A stretch of DNA of 64,000 bases. It comes from Sphingomonas paucimobilis. Lineage in GTDB: Bacteria > Pseudomonadota > Alphaproteobacteria > Sphingomonadales > Sphingomonadaceae. The DNA lies in NCBI GenBank assembly GCA_036946325.1, contig JAQIJL010000001.1, forward strand, positions 1,578,630 through 1,642,629, in the 5' to 3' direction. Position 1 is the first letter of the stretch; each line of letters begins with the position of its first letter. The notes beneath the pieces are model-generated. The model was not told the DNA's origin. It did no database searches and worked only from the letters and a program-made list of their open reading frames with translations. A program made the translations under genes and the position numbers. Of the stretch, positions 57,018 to 64,000 are shown piece by piece.

Positions 57018-59409
57018 TTGTCCGCTGCCCCCCCGCCTCGCGCTGATCGCGCTGCTGTTCAGCACCACCCCGGCCCTTGCCGATCCGATCCGCCAGACCA
57101 AGGGCGACTGGCAGGACAAGTTCCGCCAGCTGGAGGGAGAGGACTGGCCGACGCCGACCGATTATCGCAACGCATCGGGCGCGCCGGGCTATCGCTACTG
57201 GCAGCAAAAGGTCGATTACGACGTCAAGGTATCGCTCAACGAAGCGACCAAGGTGGTGACCGGTACGGAGACGATCCGCTATCGCAACAACTCGCCCGAC
57301 GCGCTGCCCTATCTCTGGCTGTTGCTCGACCAGAATCATTACAAGCGCAATTCGATCGCGCAGATGAGCGCGACCGTGCCGGACGCCAGTTCGATCAGCA
57401 TCGGCGAAATCCGCCGGGCGGAAGCGATGCAGAAATGGGAAGGCGGCTTTACCATCGCCGCGGTGCGCGGCTCCGATGGCCAACCGCTCGCCCACCGGGT
57501 CACCGACACGCTGCTGCGCATCGAACTGCCGCAACCGGTCGCGGGCAATGGCGGTGAGGTCACGCTGTCGATCGACTGGTCCTTCCCGATGGCCGAGCAG
57601 AAGGTCGTCGACGGCCGCTCGGGCTATGAATGCTTCACCGGGGCCGGCGAGGACGGCAACTGCATCTTCGAAGGGGCGCAGTGGTTCCCCCGCCTTGCCG
57701 TCTATTCGGACTATGAAGGTTGGCATAACAAGGCGTTCCTCGATGCCGGTGAATTCACGCTGGAATTCGGCGACTACCGCGTCGCGCTGACCGTGCCGTC
57801 GGATCATATCGTCTCGGCCACCGGTGTCCTGCAGAACCCCGATCAGGTGCTGACCGCGACCCAGCGCCAGCGGCTGCAACTGGCGAAGTCGGCGACCGCG
57901 CCCATGTACATCGTCACCCCCGACGAAGCCCTCGCCGCCGAACGCGGGCGGGTGTCGGGTACCAAGACCTGGACCTTCGCGGCACAGAATGTCCGCGACT
58001 TCGGCTGGGCATCGTCGCGCAAGTTCGCGTGGGACGCGATGAACGTGCGGCAGGAGTTTGCCGCCAATCCCAACGTCATGGCGATGTCCTTCTACCCGAA
58101 GGAAGCACGTCCGCTGTGGGACGCATTCTCGACCAAGGCGATCGCCCACACCATCGACGTCTATGGCAAATTCGCTTTCCCCTACCCCTATCCGGTGGCG
58201 CAGTCGGTCAACGGCCCGGTCGGCGGCATGGAATATCCGATGATCACCTTCAACGGGCCGCGCCCGGTGAAGGACGCCAAGACCGGCCAGCTCACCTATA
58301 CCGAACGTGCCAAGACCGGGCTGATCGGCGTGGTGATCCACGAGGTCGGCCATGACTGGTTCCCGATGATCGTCAACAGCGACGAACGCCAATGGACGTG
58401 GATGGACGAAGGGCTGAACACCTTCCTCCAGTTCCAGGCGGAAAAGCTGTGGGACAAGGATTTCCCGTCACGGCGCGGTGAGCCGAAGGACATCGCCGAA
58501 TATATGCTGTCCGACAATCAGGTTCCCCTGATGACCCAGTCGGATTCGGTGCTGCAATTCGGCGCCAACGGATACGGCAAGCCCGCCACCGCGCTCACCA
58601 TCCTGCGCGAAACGGTGCTGGGTCGCGACCTGTTCGACCGCGCGTTCCGCGAATATGCGACCCGCTGGCGCTTCAAGCGGCCGACCCCGTACGACTTCTT
58701 CCGCACGATGGAGGAAAGCTCGGGCGTCGATCTCGACTGGTTCTGGCGCGGCTGGTTCTATTCGACCGACCATGTCGACATTGCGCTGGACAAGGTGGTC
58801 GAGGGCCGCATCGCCGGCGGCGATCTGGAAGCGAATGCCCGCGAACGCCGCGCGCTGGCCGATGCGGAGAACACCTCGCTGACCGTCCGCAACAATGCAG
58901 GCCAGAAGACGGTGACCGAACGCGACCCGTCGACCCGCGACTTCTACGACCGGCAGGACCGTTTCGCGGTCAGCCCGCAGCAGCGCCGCGACCTTGCCGA
59001 AAAGCTCGCCAAGCTGACGCCGGAGGAGCGCGCCGCCTTCCAGGTACGCGACAAATTCTACCGCTTCTCGTTCCGCAACATCGGCGGCCTCGTCATGCCG
59101 ATCCCGCTGAAACTGACCTATAGCGACGGCACCAACGAGATCGTGCGCATCCCCGCCGAGGTATGGCGCTACAATCCCAAGGCGGTGACGTGGCAATATG
59201 TCACGGGCAAGACGATCACGGGGGCGGAGGTCGATCCGCTGCTCGAAATCGCCGATGCCGACCGGTCGAACAATGTCTATCGCGGCGCCATCCGCCCGGT
59301 GGTGCTGGAGATCGAGGATGTCGAGGAACTGGAAAACCGGATGAAGGATTTCGACGTGCAGGTGAAGCCCGGCTCGCTCCAGACCTATCCCGCGCCGGTG
59401 TCGAAGTGA
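57018..59409 (+). CDS. M1-family zinc aminopeptidase; probable TTG start is out of frame by one C in C7 run 57028-57034
   Basis: GGMEYPM, HEVGH (HEXXH), MDEGLN. Removing one C gives the signal peptide [21 protein letters not shown]. Confidence 0.9.
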
Positions 59410-59882
59410 GGGCGGCGCTCGCCCTTCTCGCCGCGGTCGCGGTGATCGCCCCGGCACAGGCGCATCGCGGGCATGACTCGCTCGCCGTCGTGACGCTGGC
59501 CGATGGCAAGGTCACCGTGTCGCACCGGTTCGAGGCGCACGACATCGAACCCGCCCTGTCGAAGATCGCTCCGCAAGCGCAGGTCAGCCTCGACGATCCG
59601 AAGGCGGTCGCCGCGCTGCAAGCCTATATCCTGCGCCGCTTCACGCTGGCGATCGACGGCAAGCCGGTCGCGCTGAGCCATATGTCGACCGACCTCACCC
59701 ATTCGCAGGTCCGCATCGACTATGTCGGCAAGGCGCCGCGCAAGCCCAGGACAGTCGCGGTCCGCTCGACCGTGCTGACCGACGTGTACCGCGCGCAGGT
59801 CAATCAGGTGAATGTGCGGCAGGGCAATGTCGTCAAGTCGCTGACCCTGCGCGGCGGGACGGGCGGTAGCGTGACGCTGTGA
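59406..59882 (+). CDS. Secreted protein, DUF6702-like
   Basis: GTGA overlap with the M1 stop, signal peptide ending AQA-H. Family assignment is from recollection. Confidence 0.7.
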   Translation: MRAALALLAAVAVIAPAQAHRGHDSLAVVTLADGKVTVSHRFEAHDIEPALSKIAPQAQVSLDDPKAVAALQAYILRRFTLAIDGKPVALSHMSTDLTHSQVRIDYVGKAPRKPRTVAVRSTVLTDVYRAQVNQVNVRQGNVVKSLTLRGGTGGSVTL

Positions 59883-59897
59883 CACCCTTGCCACGAA

Positions 59898-59925
59898 CGT
59901 CACTCCAGCGCAGGCCGGGGTGACG
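59898..59925. repeat. Collapsed single CGTC-type hairpin
   Basis: cgtcactccagcgcaggccggggtgacg. Confidence 0.7.
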
Positions 59926-59956
59926 CAAGTGGATGAACGAATTCCTCTCCCCCACC

Positions 59957-60041
59957 CGTCACCCCGGGCTTGACCCGGGGTCCCGCTTCTTCTTCTGCAA
60001 CGTGGCCAACGGGCGGGACCCCGGATCAAGTCCGGAGCAAC
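59957..60041. repeat. CGTC-type REP dimer (intact relative of the IS30 target)
   Basis: cgtcaccccgggcttgacccggggtcccgcttctt...gcgggaccccggatcaagtccgg. Confidence 0.85.
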
Positions 60042-60044
60042 CAA

Positions 60045-60473
60045 CTACCGCTCACACCCCGCCCGCAACGTCGCCACCCGCGCCGCACTCAATACCCCGC
60101 GATGCGCCCCGCACGGCCGCCCATCGCCCCCGACCGCGACGCTGAACGGCAACCCCGCCGTCCCGCCGAACAGGTCCTCGCGCATCGCCGCCATCTGCAC
60201 CGCGTCGGGCACCCAGCGCTGCGCGACCGGCACCCCGTGCAGCATCGCCGCCGTCGCCCGACCGCGATCGATCGGCACCACCAGCACCCGCCACGGCCCC
60301 GCCGCCTCGCTCAACCGGGGCAGCGCCGCGATCTCGCCATGGCAGGGCGCGCACCATGATGCGACGAACAGCAGGATCGTCCGCGCCGGATAGGTCGGCG
60401 CCGTCGCCCCGGCCGGCACCGCCGCCAGCAACAGCGCCGCCGCCCAGCCGCCAAACCCCGCCCAACGCTTCAT
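60045..60473 (-). CDS. Exported thioredoxin-like (TlpA-type) protein
   Basis: Signal peptide, FVASWCAPC, GLPFS cis-Pro motif. Confidence 0.8.
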   Translation of the reverse strand: MKRWAGFGGWAAALLLAAVPAGATAPTYPARTILLFVASWCAPCHGEIAALPRLSEAAGPWRVLVVPIDRGRATAAMLHGVPVAQRWVPDAVQMAAMREDLFGGTAGLPFSVAVGGDGRPCGAHRGVLSAARVATLRAGCER

Positions 60474-60535
60474 CGCATCCCCCATCGACGCTGTAACATT
60501 GCCGTGCTTTGATCCGTGGAGACAGGGGGAAAAAC

Positions 60536-62500
60536 ATGCTCGATCCAATTCTGCACGGTCTGATGGCGCTGGCCCAGGCGACGACCCCGGCCCAGCCCGC
60601 CGCCCCCGCCAAACCGCAGACCTTGCAGGCGCAGTTCGATGCCGCCAACACCGCCTATTCCACCCGCAACTGTACCGAGGCGCTGAAACTCTACGAGGCC
60701 ATGGAAAAGCGCACGACCAACAAGAACGCGCTGCTGACCGGCGCGATCGCGGTGCGCGGCGGTATCTGCCGCATCCGCATGGGCGAACGCGAGGCTGGCG
60801 TCGCCGCGATCCGCCGCGGCCTGCCGGCGCTCGCCACCAAACCCGACGAGTTCCGCGCCGATCTGGGGTCCGCGCATCTGGCGCTGGGCGACGCCGCCTA
60901 TGACGCGTTCGACTATGACGCGGCCACCACCTCCTACAAGGCCGCGCTGGATCTCGCCAAGGGGCTGGACCGCGTGATCCCCCTCCTCGCCCTCGCCCGC
61001 ACCCTGTCGTTCGACCATGACGGCCGCGCGCTGGCCTATGCCGAGGAAGCGCGCAAGCTGACCGAGACCGAACCGAATATCGACAAGGCGACGGTGGCGG
61101 CGGTGCAGACCCGCTATGCCCGCGTGCTGCTGAACGAAGGGCGCACCGCCGACGCCTATACCGTGCTCAAGGATTCGCTGAAGAAGCAGGGCGGCCTCGA
61201 CAACCGCGTCAACCTGTCCGAAGTCGCGACCCGCGCCGACCTGGCGCAGGCCGCGCTGCTGAACGGCGACCGCGAGCGCGCGCGGACCTATCTCGCCTAT
61301 ACCGGTGCCGGCCGGCTCGAAAAGGCGCCCTTTGCCGGCGCGCGGCAGATGGACCTGCCCCCCTGCGGCGCGGCCACCGGCCTGAAACCCGATCAGGTCG
61401 GGGTCGTCGAATTCTCGCTGGGCGATGACGGCATCGTCCGCAACGTCGCGCCGATCTACACCACCGGCAACCGCGCCGCGGCGCTCGCCTTCGCCCGCGC
61501 GGTCGGCGACTGGTCGTGGCAGCCCGAGGACGCGACCGGCATTCCCGCTTTCTGGCGGCAATCGGCGCGGGTGGAACTGCGCTGCTCGACCGCGGCCCAG
61601 CGCCCTTCGATCACCCAGCCGATCGACGACATCTTCGATGCATGGCTGACGTCCAAGGGATCGCCCGCCTTCGCCTGGGAGGAACAGCCCGCCGCCCGCG
61701 CGCTGCCGCTGGCCCGCGCCGAAGTGGTGCGCGCCCGCACCGCCGGAGACAAGGTCGCCGAACTGCGCGCGCTCGGCTGGATGTTCAATTCGCAACTGGT
61801 GAGCGCGGAGGAAGCCCGCCCGCTGATCGCCGAGGCGCTGACACTGGCGCAGGCGACCGGCGCCCCGGTCGCGGTCTCGACCCGCTTCCGGATCAGCGAC
61901 GCCTATGTCGCGGCCAGGAATTACGATCAGGTCCTCGACGGCTTCCGCGCGGTCCTGCGTCGGCCGGAGGTCGCCGCCGATCCGCTGTCGGCGGCGACGG
62001 TGCGGATGATGCTGGCGACCGGCGGTTCCCAAGTCGGCGGGGCGGAACGCAACCAGTTGACCGACGCGGTGCTCGCCGCGCCGCTGCCCGATACCCATCC
62101 GCTGAAGGTTGCCGCCTTGCTCAACCGCGCCGACCTCGCAGCCCAGAGTGGCGACACCGCCGCTGCGCAGGCCGCGTTCAACCGCACGGGTCTCAGCAGC
62201 GATCAATGCGCGTTGATCGCCCCGACGCCCGCCGTCGCCAAATCGGGCGCGACCAGCAATCGCTACCCGACCGAAGCGTTGCAGATGGGGTTCGAAGGCT
62301 GGGCGAAGGTGGAGTTCGACATCGCCGCCGACGGCCATACGCTGACGCCGCGCACCGTCGCCGCCTATCCGCCGTTCGTGTTCGGCGACGCCGCGCAGAA
62401 GATGGTGACCGCTACCCGCTTCCGCAGCAGCTACCGCCCCGACAACAACACCGCTTGCACCGGCAACACGCAGCGCTTCGTCTTCAACCTGCCGCGCTGA
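60536..62500 (+). CDS. TPR-like helical protein with TonB C-terminal domain(s)
   Basis: Ala/Leu helical repeats. C-terminal YPTEALQMGFEGWAKVEFDI...FGDAA; a similar internal segment VGVVEFSLGDDG. Confidence 0.75.
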   Translation: MLDPILHGLMALAQATTPAQPAAPAKPQTLQAQFDAANTAYSTRNCTEALKLYEAMEKRTTNKNALLTGAIAVRGGICRIRMGEREAGVAAIRRGLPALATKPDEFRADLGSAHLALGDAAYDAFDYDAATTSYKAALDLAKGLDRVIPLLALARTLSFDHDGRALAYAEEARKLTETEPNIDKATVAAVQTRYARVLLNEGRTADAYTVLKDSLKKQGGLDNRVNLSEVATRADLAQAALLNGDRERARTYLAYTGAGRLEKAPFAGARQMDLPPCGAATGLKPDQVGVVEFSLGDDGIVRNVAPIYTTGNRAAALAFARAVGDWSWQPEDATGIPAFWRQSARVELRCSTAAQRPSITQPIDDIFDAWLTSKGSPAFAWEEQPAARALPLARAEVVRARTAGDKVAELRALGWMFNSQLVSAEEARPLIAEALTLAQATGAPVAVSTRFRISDAYVAARNYDQVLDGFRAVLRRPEVAADPLSAATVRMMLATGGSQVGGAERNQLTDAVLAAPLPDTHPLKVAALLNRADLAAQSGDTAAAQAAFNRTGLSSDQCALIAPTPAVAKSGATSNRYPTEALQMGFEGWAKVEFDIAADGHTLTPRTVAAYPPFVFGDAAQKMVTATRFRSSYRPDNNTACTGNTQRFVFNLPR

Positions 62501-63794
62501 CCGGCAGCGTAACGGCGGCGACCAGCCCCCCGCCGTCCGCTTCGCCAAGCTCCAGCCGCCCGCCATAGAGCGCCGCCAGATCGCGGACGATGGCAAGGCC
62601 GAAGCCATGGCCATCACCCCGCTCGTCCAGCCGCACGCCGGGATCGGTCGCCCGCGCCCGGTCGGCGGCGGGAATGCCGGGTCCGTCATCGGTCACCGAC
62701 AGCCGCACCATCGCCCCGTCGCGCACCGCCTCCACCCGAACCAGCGACCGCGCATGGCTCGCGGCATTGTCGATCAGATTGCCGGCCAGTTCGTCCAGAT
62801 CGGCCGCATCGACCGCGACGCTCAGTTCGGCAAGCTCCGCCTCCACCGCCACGCCGCCACCGCGATGCAGCGCCCGCACCACCTCCACCAGCGCCTCGAC
62901 CGCCGGTTTCAGCGCAGTCGCCGCGCGCCGGTCGACCACCCCGCCCCGCGCCCGCGACAGATGATGCCGGATCGTCGCATCGATCCGCCGCACCTGCCCC
63001 CCCCGCGGATCGTCGCTCAGATCGAGCGCGAGGGTCGCCACCGGCGTCTTCAACGCATGGGCGAGGTTCGCCGCCGAGGCCCGCGCCGCCGCCAACGCCG
63101 CCGCATTGTCGCGTACCAGCGCGTTCAGTTCGACCGCCAGCGGCCGCAACTCCTCAGGCTGATCCTCCGGCAGATCCGCCGCCACGCCTTCGCGCACCGC
63201 CGCTACCCGCGCGCGCAAGCTCCTGAGCGGCCGGAGGCCCAGCCGCAACTGCACCAACGTCGCCACCGCCAGCACCAGCGCGACGATCGCCAGCGTGGCC
63301 AGCAGCGGCAGCATCGCCCCGCGCAGCGGCTGCTCGATCGCCCGTCGCGGCACCGCCACGCCCAGCCGCACCGGCCCGGCACGACTCTCGCGAATCTGGA
63401 TCAGCCCGTGCATCGGCGTGCCGTCATCCAGTTCGGTATCGAACGGTATCCCCTCGCGCGCCCGTAGGGGATGTGGACCGGGCGGTGCCGGGACCGCGAT
63501 CGGCAACATCGCGCTACCGAATGCCCCGCCCGGCGCATCGATCGTCCATTTGCCGCCGCGCCCGAACGCCTCCTCAACCCCCGGCCTAGCCAGCAATTCG
63601 CGGTCGACGCTGCCATCGTCGCGCACGGCCGCGCCCAGCAGCTGCAACCGGTCCGCCAGCCGTTCGTCGACGCCATGCGTCACGAACCGCTCCAGCACAT
63701 GGGCGATCGAATAGCCCGCCGCCGGCAACGCGACCAAGGTCGTCGCCACCGATAGCGCGAGCATCCGTCCATGGATCGACCGGGGCAGCATCAC
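62484..63794 (-). CDS. Sensor histidine kinase (PhoQ/QseC-like)
   Basis: Two TM helices, PEELRPLAVELN, LAHALKTP, GNLIDNA, DDGPGI, GFGLAIV. Confidence 0.92.
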   Translation of the reverse strand: MMLPRSIHGRMLALSVATTLVALPAAGYSIAHVLERFVTHGVDERLADRLQLLGAAVRDDGSVDRELLARPGVEEAFGRGGKWTIDAPGGAFGSAMLPIAVPAPPGPHPLRAREGIPFDTELDDGTPMHGLIQIRESRAGPVRLGVAVPRRAIEQPLRGAMLPLLATLAIVALVLAVATLVQLRLGLRPLRSLRARVAAVREGVAADLPEDQPEELRPLAVELNALVRDNAAALAAARASAANLAHALKTPVATLALDLSDDPRGGQVRRIDATIRHHLSRARGGVVDRRAATALKPAVEALVEVVRALHRGGGVAVEAELAELSVAVDAADLDELAGNLIDNAASHARSLVRVEAVRDGAMVRLSVTDDGPGIPAADRARATDPGVRLDERGDGHGFGLAIVRDLAALYGGRLELGEADGGGLVAAVTLPVSAAG

Positions 63795-64000
63795 GCGCCC
63801 CCCGCCGTCAGCCGATATCCCCGCCCGCGCACCGTTTCGATCAGCGACGCGCCGATCTTCTTGCGCAACCGCCCGATGATGACCTCCAGACTGTTGGAAT
63901 CGACATCGGCATCGCCCTCATACACCCGCTCCATCAGGTCGAGCCGCTCGATCACCGCCTCCTTCGCCAGCATCAGCGCGGCCAGCACCCGATGCTCCAG
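63791..64000 (-). CDS. OmpR-family response regulator, C-terminal part (truncated by window edge)
   Basis: SNSLEVIIGRLRKKIG, IETVRGRGY. The stop overlaps the kinase start. Confidence 0.9.
   Translation of the reverse strand: MEHRVLAALMLAKEAVIERLDLMERVYEGDADVDSNSLEVIIGRLRKKIGASLIETVRGRGYRLTAGGA

Noticed and set aside
30223-60041. REP copies as a CRISPR array or tRNA-like genes
   Set aside because: They are dispersed, not regularly spaced, there are no cas genes, and they do not form a cloverleaf.

Overview
High-GC alphaproteobacterial chromosome segment. Gene content and repeat style point to Sphingomonadaceae (inference). It is mostly core and accessory housekeeping. In order: pyk (5' truncated); a circularly permuted ATP-grasp / alpha-E / transglutaminase operon; DsbD-like protein; PhoK-type phosphatase; ihfB-rpsA; DEAD-box helicase; exported MsrB; cell-wall hydrolases; MFS; cyoABCD-SURF1-regBA; L,D-transpeptidase; RND and MFS tripartite efflux systems; M14, M1 and S1 peptidases; an OmpR-family two-component system followed by beta-CA, SulP and a second beta-CA; an SDR/GH15/Gfo cluster; an IS30-family element; gloA; a TPR-TonB protein; and a second two-component system (truncated). 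No rRNA, tRNA or CRISPR array was seen. Best leads: (1) the two-component system plus CA-SulP-CA module, a candidate regulated CO2/bicarbonate handling system; (2) an IS30 element inserted in the centre of a CGTC-type REP, whose transposase takes its stop codon from the REP; (3) a 250-bp doubly nested palindrome between the helicase and rpsA; (4) three exact sigma-EcfG-type promoters, one driving an efflux operon and one facing a 230-nt intergenic stretch; (5) a transglutaminase lacking its catalytic Cys; (6) three frameshifts, all in C/G homopolymers, which may be assembly errors. All protein assignments come from motif recognition, not database searches. Start codons were re-picked by eye where the ORF track over-extends.
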